64,000 nucleotides of DNA from the human T2T-CHM13v2.0 reference genome, Homo sapiens. The notes beneath the pieces were generated by a model. The model saw nothing but the letters and a program-made list of their open reading frames with translations. It had not been told where the DNA came from and ran no database searches. Shown piece by piece: positions 1 through 15,754 of the stretch (positions within the stretch are counted from its first letter, which is position 1; each line of letters opens with the position of its first letter). Both the position numbers and the translations under genes were made by a program. The DNA lies in the NCBI RefSeq assembly GCF_009914755.1, contig NC_060933.1. One strand, 5' to 3'.

Positions 1-255
1 TTAAATGTTATAAATGAAAAACATCTTCATTACTGGAAAAATTATGCTTTTGTCAAAATAAACAATAAAAACTAGCATTTTTATTTCCTACTTCTGTTTT
101 ATCTAAGGTGGGGGACAAATGCTATTATTTGCAAAATCACTGGAAAAACAATATTTTATTAAATAAAAATCAGTTCTAGGAAGCCACCATTTTTATTACT
201 ATTTACTCTAAAGCTACTATTTATATATCCATATCAAATATAAATCCCCTCTATA

Positions 256-556
<301 letters not shown>

Positions 557-607
557 TCCCTCTATAGCTATGGAAAGTCCTCTACATTCGAGGGTGAAAC
601 AAACTCA

Positions 608-760
<153 letters not shown>

Positions 761-1879
761 TTACAATATCGAAAGCTCACCTAACTAAAGAATAGATAAA
801 ATCCAGAAGAGTTTTTTTTCCAGCAAACATGAATGAATGAATGAACGAATTAATGAATATCTTTATCCAAGGAAGTTTTAAATCCCATGTGTCCCTTGTC
901 TCTCGGCGAGCGGTTCATCCCACTGTGGGACTGTACTTGCCCAGAGGAAAGAGTGCCTTTTCCTGTTTTACACAGAGGCTCCATTTGCCCACAAAACCTT
1001 ACATATTTACATTGCATTTGGATGACTTTAAAAATAATAAGTTATCTAAACCATTCCAGGTATAATGTCCTAAAAATCAAAATCTATTTCTCCTTCCATT
1101 ATACAACTTCAGCAAATATTCTATGCTCCAGTAGGTCTTTTTTAAGACTTCACCAAATGTTGAAAACATCTTAATTGCCTCATCTTATTCATATTTGTCT
1201 CTAGGGTTTTAATTCAAATACATTTCTCTTCTGCTCTATCATATAATACCATTCAGATACTGGTGGGAAACAAGAGGTCTACATACAACAGATATCACCG
1301 AAACAGAGGAGATACATCTTCTATCTAAAATCAGGCAGCCACATATGACAGGCAAATTGTAACCTGCACAAGGGTACTGGGCCAAGGAGGAGAATGGAAG
1401 GAAAGAGCAGCGTCTGAATCCAGCCTGCATGCTCCTTGGCAAGCAGATCCTCTGCTGTAGGAATTTTGTGCCAAGGAAGGAGGCTCTTTCCCTAATTTCC
1501 ACAAAAGCACCATTTGCCCCACAGAGCCTTGCAAACTGGGCCTTCCCTTCTAAACACCATTTTCTGCTCTGTACAATGGCTTCATATATACCCTGCCTTA
1601 AAACCACAGCCTTTTAAGAGTTAGGAATGCAAAATATATGCGGCCTTGGAACAATGAAATCTGTGAAGAAGCGTAAAATCTACTATTCGAGTTGAATTCA
1701 GACTTCAGGGAATAAGAAAAAAAAAAAAGAAGAAACAAAGATAGATACAGCCTTATAACCAAATGAAGAAACGTAAAAATCCTTTTGTGTTACACAAACA
1801 TCTGTATCATCTGTATCCATGTGTACCACCACCTCTACTCTGGTTCCAAGAATTTCTCTAAGGTTTCTTCTCCCACTCA

Positions 1880-1987
<108 letters not shown>

Positions 1988-2302
1988 TCAAACACACATA
2001 CACACTTAAAACATTATGATAAAAGTTGTCAATTCAGAACTATTCAAACACCTTCCTTACAAATAAAAACTGCCATGGTTTTACATAGCCAATTAGATTA
2101 ATTTTGTTACAAATTTGTGTCCACCAGGTAGGAGGATGGACCAAATGGCCTCAAAGGACTCTTCTAATTCTTAACTCTAACCTCATTTCACATTTAAAGC
2201 AGCACATCCTTGCCTCATATGTATAATTAATACCCTACTCAAAGCAAAAGAAAGAAAATTTTCCTTAATTTTAATAAGATAAAAATTTTTTATTGTTGTT
2301 TA

Positions 2303-2419
<117 letters not shown>

Positions 2420-3271
2420 CTAAAAAGGGGAACAAACACCAATATTACTGGGGGACCTTAAGTATCCCAGAATCAAACAAGCCTCAGACCACTAGATACA
2501 GATGTTTTTTAAGAGGTTTAAGCTACTTTGAAAGCCTGCCTCTAGAATCAGAAACCATCCAAGGGTTGGTTCTTAGAACGCAGAAATCATCAAAAAGAAG
2601 AAAAAAATGTAAAACAAACAAAATCCTCCTTTGGGCATTAAAAAAAAAAAAAGTGGCCTCTGAGAACAGCAAAAGAGGAAAAGAGCTACAGATCTAGATC
2701 CTGAATATAATGAGCTAAGGAACCTATCAGGTAACTACAACAAGGAAACAAGTGTTCCATTTGTCCAACAGGGTAGAGTTTTGTTTACATATTGTGTAAG
2801 CTTCACAACAGGGCACAGATGAGTTAAGATGTGAACAAGGTGAATAGGGAGGAGCCACAGAGGTGGTAAAGGCAGCAGCAGACAATGACGAAAACATGGA
2901 AATGTTCTCATTCTGCAGCATGACGGGAAGAAACGTCTCCTCCAGGGCCACGTGTATCTCAATCCTGAAGCCAACTCTACCGGGTGGGAGACAGATGACC
3001 ACCCGGGCATTCATCATCATATTCTAGTAACAGCCTAAGAATTCTGCTAGTACTGTACTGTAGTCTGCACAGTAGGGAATACATAGGTAGCCTAACAAAA
3101 TTTATTCTCAATGAAACTGTCCTAGGGTATAGAAACCAAACCTCCTTTACTGAAGGGTTAAGGCCTGAAATAGGCATTATATGAAATAGAACTGGAAATA
3201 ATTAAGGACAGAAAACGTAGATGGCAAGCAGGGTATTATTGAGTCATCTATTCTAGAAGAGTAGCTCATAG

Positions 3272-3664
<393 letters not shown>

Positions 3665-4099
3665 TGAATCAGTGTTACTGGGCACTAGGAGAGCCCAGGC
3701 AGGGAACAGGCTGAGGGCTAGAATAACACAACTTAAAAAATCAAAGTAAATTATGCTCACATGAGTACTTGTATCTGCCTACTCCATGGATTTTTGTTTT
3801 CTTTTCTGAAGGGTAGCTGTGAACTTTCAAACCAAGACGAGGCCCTAGAAAGCCTTTAGAAAAAGTTCATGAAAAAAAGCTAGAGTAGTTTACTGGATAG
3901 TACATTAGATAACAGGATGCTCGGTTTTTTTCCCCCATTACCTAGATCATCCTATACCATTAATAAACCCTAATTTTGTTAATACTAGATAAGTCTTACT
4001 CTAGCAGGTACCAGTAGTAAAGTGTCATCTTCTCCAGAGTTTAACAAAGTATGGAAAACTGCCTTATTTTCAAAACTACCATAGATTCCTTTAAAGTAC

Positions 4100-4500
4100 T
4101 ATTTTTTAACACCTTTACTGGGATATAATTTACATATTATTAAGGTTCACCCATTTGAAGTACACAATTCAATGCACCTTGGGATTTTTTTTTGGTTGTT
4201 TAAACTCAGTGGTAAGAATCAATGTTTTTAAAGTATATTTACAAAGTTGAATAGCCATCACCATAATCTAAATTTTGAGCATTTTCATCATCCCCAAAAG
4301 AAACCCCATATCCATTAGCAGTCACCCCTTCCCCACCCCACCCCACAGCCCTACCCAACCACTACTCTACTTTCTGCCTCTGTGGATTTGCCCCTTCTGG
4401 GCACTTCATACAAATGGGATCATATTATATGTGATCTTTTATGACTGGCTTCTTTCACTTAGCATAATCTTTATGAGGTTTACCCATGTCATAACATGTA
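4100..4500 (-). mobile_element. Old L1 (L1M-type) 3' end fragment
   Basis: Typical L1M 3'UTR motifs (tttcatcatccccaaaagaaacccc, gactggcttctttcacttagcata); boundaries approximate. Confidence 0.75.
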
Positions 4501-5902
4501 TGAGTAAAGTGCTATTTTTAAATCGAAAAGATATGGTCTTAGAAAGCTGTACCATAATTTACTTGTTGCTTATAGCAAGAAAGAATATTCAAATTGCACC
4601 AACTATTTACTTGGTCAAGTTCCTGTTTAGTCAAGGATACCTTTTAAGTCCTGCCAAAAAAAAAAAAAAATCACTTAAAAATCAGGGGGACATGAAAACC
4701 ACTTGTCCAAAGCTGGGCAGTTGTAGTGGATCACCCCCAAAGAAGCAAGGTTGTGTCTCAGAGTACTTACTCCATGTTTCTGCCCTCTAATAATCCTTTA
4801 CTGTTCTAATAAGTCAATAGCTTTCAGAATGTTAAATTAGACCCACTATGCATATTTTACTCACAATAAAGTTGTTTTGAAATAAAAACTACGCTTTAAA
4901 AAGTTTCAAAAATTATTTGTCTACTAAAATAAAAGCAGCAACTACCATTTGAGTGCCTACACTGTGCTGATGCTATGATAGCTGTTTTATATATGCTATT
5001 ACCTGCCCATCTCAACCCTTGTAAGGAGACATTATGTTGTCCACTTTACAGAGAATACTGAGGCTCAGAAACATTAGGAAACTTCCCTGCCAAGGTCTCA
5101 TAGCTTCTAAATGTTATGAGGATAATGTAATCTGTACTTTTCTAACAGAGATCTGTAATGCCCCTGGGGGTACTTGGTAGTGTGCCAGAGGGTAAATATG
5201 GCACATCTTCTTGGGGCATTAATTTTACTCAAGGGTAATACTTTTCAATTCATAGTTTTAAAAAATATTCATATTGTATAAATTAAAATAAAATATAAGA
5301 GTTTAAATGAATTTAATGTGACACGGACACTACTTCCCCAGGTGCCCCAAGAGTCTGCACTCTTCTTGTGTCCACACACCTCTGCCTTCAGGGGCCGCCC
5401 CGCCTACATTAGAAGATTAAAAAGTCCTGCCTTGAGTCATCAAGACATCATTATATGGTCTTCAGAATTTTCCAATCCAGAAGTAAGGAAAACAAAGAGT
5501 TTCATCCAACAGAAAAAGAAAAATATCTAATATACACATATATGGGAAAAGTATGAGAACATGCATGTGAATGAAGGATGGCAGCTCTCTCTGGAGAGGA
5601 AGGGGAGGGACATCGGCACGGGATACACAGGGGGTTTCCTTTGTCTGTGATGTTTTATTTTTTAAACTGGGTGATGAATATTGGTTATAATTATTTGCTA
5701 CTATGAAAATAAATCACAAAGCAACTTGGCAATAACAAGGAAAAAAAGGATCTTTCTAGAGGGATTCATTTCCTGAAGGCTCTAGGCAGTTTTACTAAAG
5801 CAGAAGAGAACTGTTCATTACTGGCATCTAAGTGGACACCAAAGAGTTCCTGGTGGGTGGCAAACTTACATATTTGTTCCAGTCAAGGCTTTTTATCCAT
5901 CA

Positions 5903-6070
<168 letters not shown>

Positions 6071-6153
6071 TCATGAAGTTAGTCATTGGCAATTACTCAG
6101 GTCCTCTAACGCCTCTCAATAAATTGACCAGCAGTCAATATTTGAGAAACCTA

Positions 6154-6464
<311 letters not shown>

Positions 6465-7231
6465 CCCATTTCATATTATATGCAGCAGTGACTTTGAAGA
6501 ATTTGAAATGCCCTTCCTTATTTTGGAAAGCATTTTACTGCCATCTTACATATTCCAAGTTTCTTTGATGACACAAGTCAGCGATCTCACCCTCACCTTA
6601 TAAGTAAGAAGAATGAAACATAAAGAGTTTACAAAATATGTCCGGAACATAAAACCCCAAGATGAGAACTGGGAATAAAATTCTGATTGCAAGCTCTCAC
6701 TGGTGATAGAGGGGCTGCAGGTCACAAAACAGCTCCTCACATAGACTTAGAGATTGAGACCCTCCCTAATGGTGGAGCCAAAAGTTAGAACACAGGTCTT
6801 CTGCCTTCCAGGCTGACTGGGGTTCTTTCTAGATCGTAACACTTCTCTTATATAAACTATTAGGCAGAGTTGCTGAAACAACACAACCCTTCTGTTCCTG
6901 GAGGTAGGATCCATTTGCAAGAAGCACAATAAAGATGGTCCTGAAAACATCACCTAATCCAGGACCCAATACTTTCCTCCTGCCATTGATTCTGATTCTG
7001 ATGAAGCAGGGCTGTTTGCAATTCCTATAAATTATGGGTCCATATGACCATTTCCTGTCTGCTCACATCCAAGTGCTACAGTACCTCAATTGCTGCTGCG
7101 TACAAATGGTAGTGACTATCCTGGTGCAAACCCCCAGGCTTCTATCTGCAAGTTTCCACAGAAAGATTAAGGACCAAGGAATGAAGAAAGAGAACTTTTC
7201 CAATGGAAGACAAGAAATGATGGGGTTACAG

Positions 7232-7426
7232 CAGGGATTTGCAAAACTACAGCCTACATCTGCTTTTACAAACAAACGTTTACTGGAACATAGATGTGCT
7301 TATGTATCATGTATAACTTTCACACCTCAACATTAGAATTGAGCAGCTGCAACACAGATCATACAGCCTGCAAAGCTGAACATATTCATGACCTAGCCCT
7401 TTTCAGAACAAGTCTACTGACCCCAG
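7232..7426. mobile_element. MER58A-like hAT DNA transposon fossil
   Basis: cagggatttgcaaaact...tttactggaaca...gaccccag resembles the MER58 consensus. Confidence 0.65.
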
Positions 7427-8528
7427 GATAGAGGAAAAATATTCATCACTCCATAGAATGATTTTTTTTTTTTTGTACTGAGAAACACATTTCTGAGACC
7501 TAAGATCTTAACTTGGCCTACATTTCCTTTGATTTACTGCATTAGGATTTGTGTGAAAAAGTCAGTGGGAAACACCAGGCCCAGAGCACTTTCCCATCCC
7601 AAAGTATACTGTGTGCTGTTACTCTCTCTCTGACTGTCCTCAAAGCTGGATGCCCCAGAGTTCCACCCTGGATTCTAGACTCTTCCTGTACAGCATCTGC
7701 TCCCTGAGACAGTCCATCTGTTCCCAAAACTGTCAGAATTTCCTACATACCCACTACTCTCAGTCCATAGCTCTGGCCTCTCCTGAGCTTCAGCCTTATA
7801 TTTGCATACTCCACATGGCAATCACATATGGTCCTTCAACAAATCCAAAACAGATCTCACCACCCACCCCTTACAGACCAGCACTTCTCCATCTTCCCTG
7901 TTACTGGCATCTTTATTCCCAACACCTGAGGTTCTGGCTGGAGTCCTGCTCAACTTTTTCTTATTCACCTTACATACGCAAAGCCTATTTATTTCACTTT
8001 CTAAATTGGTATTTCTCAAACTGGCCTAGGGCAGAAGGGGAATCATGCACATATATTCTAAAAAAGTTTCCCAGCTAATTCTAAAAAATGTACTCCCATC
8101 CTCATTGTGAATCAAGTTTTTTCCTGAATGATTCCTGCTTCTAGCCCCACACAAACCTTCCTTATCTTTCACCTGGATTCCTGTAGCAACCTCCTACCTG
8201 ATCACCCTGCCTCTCATCTCTTCCCTCTCCACACACAAAAACAACAAAAATATGCCATCACGAGCCATCTTTCTATTAAATAAATCTCTTTAAACCTCTT
8301 ATCATCAAAACTTGTAATGGCTGATCAACTATAACTCAATGTCCATATTCCCTACTACAAACTCAATCAAATCTGTCCCATTTATTTCATTCTACACTCA
8401 CATTCTGCCACTTCAGCAATGCTGAATTACTCACAGTTCCCTGAGTAACCCACAATGTTTCTATGAAATAACCCTCCCTTGAAATGGACACTTGAAATGG
8501 ACACATTCACTTGCTTGGACTGTTCCCC

Positions 8529-8660
8529 ACCCTTATCCCTCACCTACCCAATACCAATTCAGCTGACTACTCCAAACCCTTATCCCTCACCTGCCCAACA
8601 CCAATTCAGCTGACTACTCCCCACCCTTATCCCTCACCTACCCAACACCAATTCAGCTGA
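8529..8660. repeat. Minisatellite, 47-bp period, about 2.8 copies
   Basis: acccttatccctcacct[a/g]cccaa[t/c]accaattcagctga starts at 8529, 8576 and 8623. Confidence 0.93.
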
Positions 8661-8771
8661 GACTCAGCTCAAGTTGGCCTCCTAGGGGAAATAAATCATC
8701 CCTCTCTAGTTACTCGTTTCCTTCCCTTATGCTACCCCAGTACCTGCACATCATGTCATTACTGTGCTGAT

Positions 8772-8921
8772 ACCACCAAGCCCAGCTAATTTTTAAATTC
8801 TTTGTAGATGCTGGGTCTCCCTACGTTGCCTAGGCTAGTATCAAACTCCTGGGCTCAAGCAATCCTCCTGCCTCATCCTCCAAAAGTGCTGGGATTACAG
8901 GCATGAGCCACTGTGCCCAGC
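8772..8921 (-). mobile_element. Partial Alu (left monomer, AluJ/FLAM-like)
   Basis: Reverse Alu left-arm consensus. Confidence 0.85.
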
Positions 8922-9545
8922 CCTCCAAAATTATTTCTGAACAAATACATTATTTGTAAATAAATGGGTAGAAGTTGTCTAAATGATTTCTCAGAGTTGA
9001 TGGAGCAAGAAGGCAGGAAGTTAGACCATAACAGAAGTTGGAACATCTTCTTCCCCATCCCTCTTCAATCAGGCCAGCTACTTTGTGACTTCAAGATGGC
9101 CAAAGCTTATGCTTAATAAGCGTCTCTCTTCTCCTGCACTGCCCTTCAATACCCCCACAGCCTTAATGCCCAGATGACCTTGGCTAGATTTTAGCAAGAA
9201 AATAATCTGATTGTTCCCATGGAAATGCAGATTGGATCTAATCGTAGTAACAAAAACCAGCCTTCTATTCCATCTTTCTTCTTTTCTTCTCCCTAAAACT
9301 GTATCCCAGAAATACTACCTTGTACAGTCCCTTTCACTGAAAGCCCAGCCTAAGACTTTCCTAGGGTTTGGGTAATAACTATCTAAGTGACCTTAAACCC
9401 TCAGACCTGGAGAGGCATCAGTAGGCCTTTTAAGATTTGGGATGGGCTGAAGGAACTGGGCTAATAGACATTTAATAGCTGGGGGTTTAACTTTCACAGT
9501 TCTTTGGCCTAATGACATGGCTATTAGTGCACAAGGAAATGGTCA

Positions 9546-9677
<132 letters not shown>

Positions 9678-10310
9678 TTAGAGAAACACAAACAAAAATG
9701 ATTTTGTTTTCATGTAACAAATTTGCCATTCCTAAGTACCTATGGCACTGTAAGCTAAGGAGCTGGAGTTAGTCTGAACAGAGCAGACAGAATTCATCCA
9801 AAATGCTTTGACTTAAAAAAACAACAATGACAAAAAACCCCAAAAAGCTTTCCCTAGATAAGTCACCTGGTGCTTATGCTCAGCTATTAATGTGTGTACA
9901 GTTGAACTTAAAAGTCCACAAAGCCCTCCTCCACTAACTTCAACACTCCTTGTCCCCAAGATACCTCTAAATATAAATGTCATCAGTGGAGCTGGTTTAC
10001 TAAACTCATCTGGAATGATGAGACTTAAAGGGGAAAAACAGCAACAGAACCCAAGAAGGGCTTTTAGAATGTGTCCATACAGCAACTCTTAGAATAAGTT
10101 AAAATACATATTGCTGACATTTTTAACTCTAACTGGGGACTTAGCAGCCTCCCCAAGTTTTATGACTTTGTTTCTTACTCCCAAAGACTTAAAAAGTTAC
10201 ATGAAACAACTTTTTATAATGATAGACTAAGAGGCAAAACTTCAGTCACCAAAAAAAAATCACTCTACGTTTTATATATATATACACACACACATACATA
10301 ATTGGTATTA

Positions 10311-10562
<252 letters not shown>

Positions 10563-10624
10563 CTAGCATCTCAGTAAAAACTGACTGCAACTTCAATCAA
10601 AACAATTAAAAAAACAAAACGAAA

Positions 10625-11278
10625 AGACATCAGTATATGGAAGAGATATCTGCACTCTCATGTTTGTTGCAGCTCTGTTCACAATAGCTAAGATTTGGAA
10701 GCAACCTAAGTGTCCATCAATGGATGACTGGATAAAGAAATTGTGGTACTATACACAATGGAGTACTATTCAGCCATAAAAAAAGAATAAGATCCTGTCA
10801 TCTGCAACAACATAGATGGAACTGGAGATGATTACATTAAGTGAAATAAACCAGACACAAAAAGACAAACATCACATGTTCTCACTTATTTGTGCGATCT
10901 AAAAATCAAAACAATTGAACTCACGGACACAGAGAGTACAAGGATGGTTACCAGAGGCTGGGAAGGGTAGTGAGGGGCTGAGGGAAGTTGGGATGGTTAA
11001 TAGGTACAAAAAAAAATAGAATAAATAAGACCTGCTATTTGATAGCACAACAAGGTAACTACAGTCAACAGTAATTGCACATTTTAAAATAACTAAAAGA
11101 CTGTAATTGGATTGTTTGTAACACAAAGGATAAACGCTTGATGGGATGGATATCCTATTCTCCATGATGTGGTTATTTTGCACTGCATGCCTGTATCAGA
11201 ACATCTCATGTAGCCCATAAATATATGTACCTACTATGTACTCATAAAAATTAAAAATTTATATTTAAAAATTAAAAC
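10625..11278 (+). mobile_element. L1 3' end (L1PB/L1MA-type): ORF2 C-terminal remnant and 3'UTR
   Basis: gcaacctaagtgtccatcaatggatgactggataaagaaa...acatgttctcactt... followed by A-rich tail. Confidence 0.88.
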
Positions 11279-11924
11279 AAGAACTTACTCAACAAACATT
11301 TCTTCAGTAATGGATATCAAGAGAATAGACCTGTTATTAGGCACAGGGATTAGAAATAAATATCTTTTTCTTCCCAGAGCTGTCTCACGAGGGAGATAAA
11401 AGAAGACCCTACAGAGGATAACAGCAATGACCAAGATCTCTGGAAAGCAAAATGCGTCTCAGCACAGGGAATGACAAGTGGCCCAAAGTCCAGAAAAAGT
11501 TTTTCTGACGTGTTTCAAAGAGTGGTAATAAGGACAGGAAAGAGAGACCAGGAAGAAAACACAGTGTAGAGGCACAAAGCCAGAAAAAAGAGCAGTTAAA
11601 AATCAGCTGCAACTAAAACATAAGGTTTACGTACACACAGGAACAATGGGGGGATGAGGCTAAAAAGGAATGTGGGGAACAGATAGTGAAAGGGGCTTAT
11701 AAGGCACAATAGTGGGCTCTACCTTTCAGACAATTGAGAAGCCACTAAAGGGCAGAATCAGCACCATTAAATGAAGATAAATAGACTGGAAGAGCTCAGT
11801 AACCAGGAAACAATGCTACAAAATGTTTGGAAAGTAAAAGCATCTATCTTTCAAATACGAAAAAAAAACAAGCTGTATATGACAAGTTTGATATTTCCCA
11901 CCATGAACTGCAAGTAAAGGTTTA

Positions 11925-12175
11925 TGATTGTACTAAATGGAATGGTTAAGAGCAGAGGTGCCAGATTTAGACTGCTAGGGTCAAACCCCATTTGATTACT
12001 GTGTGACCCTGGTCTAATTACTTAAGCACTCTGTGCCTTAACTGCCTCTTCTGAAGAATAGGAAACAACAACCTACTGCATAAGGTCATGGTGAAGATTA
12101 AATAAATTTGCATGAAAAGCACTTTAAAAAGTGCCAGGCACATGATAGTTAATAAATGTAAGCTGCTATCATTAT
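11925..12175. mobile_element. MIR
   Basis: MIR core motifs (ggttaagagc...ctgtgtgaccctgg...acttaagcactctgtgcct...agtgccaggcacat). Confidence 0.75.
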
Positions 12176-12823
12176 CCTACTATTAGTAATACTCTAACTT
12201 CTGTGACATAATCAATGTTAAGGAGATCACAACTAATGAAGTAATGGAAGAAGATTTAAAGAATCAGCCAAGTGTAATTTGAAACCCTTGCTGTTAAGAA
12301 GGTGAGGATAGAAATCAGAAACTCAACTATACACTAAAGTAGAGAAAGAAGCAATTGCTTGAAGTCTAGCTCTACTGGCAGTCATCACATGTGCAGGTAA
12401 TGACAATGTATTTACTTTAGTGCCTAGACTTCAGGGACTCTAAATTTAGCCAATCAACATTCATAACAGAAAATCTAAGTCAGATAAACAAAGACTTCCT
12501 AAATTGAGAAACAAAGGTTGCAACTCAAGATGAGGGTCTGATAAGAGGTGATCTACACCACATAAGAATAGCCAGTTTTAACTTTTAAAAAAATATATTC
12601 TCATTTGGAACATTCTGATCACTCTGATTAATAGATGCAGCAGACAAAACTCAGTTTTAGAAGAATCTTAACATATAGATAAAGCCATGTTAACAATTTT
12701 TTAAATAAAGAAATATATAATGCAAAAATTAATTAGCAAAAGTGTAACTATTATGGCTACTGATTTGAAAACTTCCACAAATAGCAAGTAACCTATTTGA
12801 GGATGCTTGAGACTCCCCCCTCA

Positions 12824-12997
<174 letters not shown>

Positions 12998-13518
12998 TCA
13001 CCAAAGTAAACACAAGCAAATTAACCCAGTCTACTTTCAAGAATAATTGATAACATTTCCAGAAATACTTTTTAATGCTTCTTTTATTACATAAAAGCTT
13101 TCAAAAATATTTTTTCTAGATGAAAATCCAAACTTTCATTTGAGAAATATCACTACTCTGTCATCTCTAACAAGAAAAATAGGTAATGTGACCTTTTTGC
13201 CAAACAAACACAAAAACAAAAACAATAAGCCTGGTCTCTTTAAAATTGTCCACTAAAATATGATGCTAATAGCTATGCTTTTCTAAGATTTCTATAGTAT
13301 GGGGAAAAGGCACTAAAGGATGTAACTGCCTAAAATGTATTAGTAGAAGAACATAATCAAGGGACCATATCAAAACCAACCCACAGAGGTTTTTAAAGTA
13401 CATATAGTTAGGAGCCAACACTAAAGATTCTGATTTAGTTGACATGAGATGTGGGCTCAAACTTCTAGAAAGCTCCATGGGCAACTTTCGTGTTCATTCC
13501 CAATTAAAAACCACTCTT

Positions 13519-13782
13519 GGCCGGGCGCTGAGGCAGGCGGATCACGAGGTCAGGAGATCAAGACCATCCTGGCTAACACGGTGAAACCGCACATCTACTA
13601 AAAATACAAAAAATTAGCCGGGCGCGGTGGCGGGCGCCTGTAGTCCCAGCTTCTCGGGAGGCTGAGGCAGGAGAATGGTGTGAACCCGGGGAGGCGGAGC
13701 TTGCAGTGAGCCACGATCACACCACTGCACTCCAGCCTGGGTGACAGAGCGAGACTCCGTCTCAAAAAAAAAAAAAAAAAAA
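13519..13782 (+). mobile_element. AluY with about 37-nt deletion in the left arm
   Basis: AluY diagnostic motifs, CpG-rich, perfect TSD AAAAACCACTCTT. Confidence 0.93.
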
Positions 13783-14059
13783 CCACTCTTATAAACAGAA
13801 TTTGCATGACAAAGAGGGTAAAAAGTACGGCACACACTCAAAAAGTAAGGTCAGAGTTCTACTGACTTAGGTTAAAATAGCAGCAGAGTTAAAGAAGGAT
13901 TACGATTTAAGCTATGTCTAACATGGCATATATATGAAGCAAAAGATGTTTATTTGGGAGGATATAAATTCAATAAGATATAAAGAAAGACCATGTGGGG
14001 AAAGAAATTTGGAAGAAGAGAAATCAAGGGTCATACCCACATGCTGGCATTCTACATCA

Positions 14060-14248
<189 letters not shown>

Positions 14249-15395
14249 CTATCCCTTGATGAATCATTAATCTCTAAGAGAAAAATAAATAGCTTAATAG
14301 TGATAAATGACCATATTTATTTAAATGAAATGATTCAGGGGGTGAAGAAGTGGTAGTCAGAATCAGAATAACCAAGAAAAGAAAAAACTTACCTCTCTGA
14401 GTACACACCCATGTATGGATTATAGCAGCAACCTGACCCACTCTATACAGTTATGGTCTACAAATTAGGAATTCTGAAACCTATTTTATGTTCTTTTTAG
14501 GAGAGGCAAGATTCTCAACTTTAGAATGTTTTCTTCAAAAAAGATGTAATATCAGTTATTCCTTTGGGAAAGTTGAAAGAACAAATGAATGGGGAAACAT
14601 TTTATTTTTGCATATTAGGACATCTTTATAAAATCATGAGGAAAAACAAAAGGGTATCCCACTGATTAGCACTATTTGAAAATCCATTTTTATATACTGG
14701 CAGTTGAAGAGAATCTGAAATGACTTTAATATTCACCAGGTCTATTCATTTATAAACTGGTTTTATACATTCATAAAAAAACTGAAATCAAAGATAGAAA
14801 AGCATTTACTGTTCTAAAGGGGAAGAGAAAATACTGGGACATGACAACAATTTACTTCAAAATGATGACCAACATTTCAAGGACCCTGATGACCTGACAT
14901 AACTACTTCCAGTAACTTTGTTCTTCTGGCCAGGCTTTTCCCAGGACAATATAAAACGTGAGAAAAGAGTGCTAAACAAGACATCTACTTTGGTCTGGCA
15001 AAATCAGGCTTGCTTAAATGCATAACATTACCTAAGTAGGGGAAAAAAATGTTACTGTGCTAGTTATTTATATTCAGATCCCTTTAAGGCTTATGATTGT
15101 AAGTCCCTAACTTATGTTAGGGGTAGCAATTACAAGGACCACACCGGTCTTATTGTCACTTTAATCCAAGGAGACTTCTCTCATCTTGGCACCCCACATA
15201 TGTATGACATAGAAAGAATAAAGATGAATCAATCCTAATAGTACACAGAAGATAATGTCAAGTGTCATAGGAATTATATAATATATAATGTGGGATAAGA
15301 GAAAGGTAAGTTTATATATGATGGAAGTGAGGAAGACAATGATTTTAGTAAGTTTTGGTGACAATTATATTCAAGAACTGCTAGAAATTACTTGA

Positions 15396-15754
<359 letters not shown>

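Noticed and set aside
4275-4790. 171-aa ORF, and 155-aa ORF at 7611-8078
   Set aside because: Non-ATG starts over decayed L1- and L2-like sequence; no recognisable protein or splice support.
8529-8660. Direct repeats as a CRISPR-like array (also 39911-39975)
   Set aside because: Head-to-tail units with no unique spacers, in a primate intron with no cas genes.
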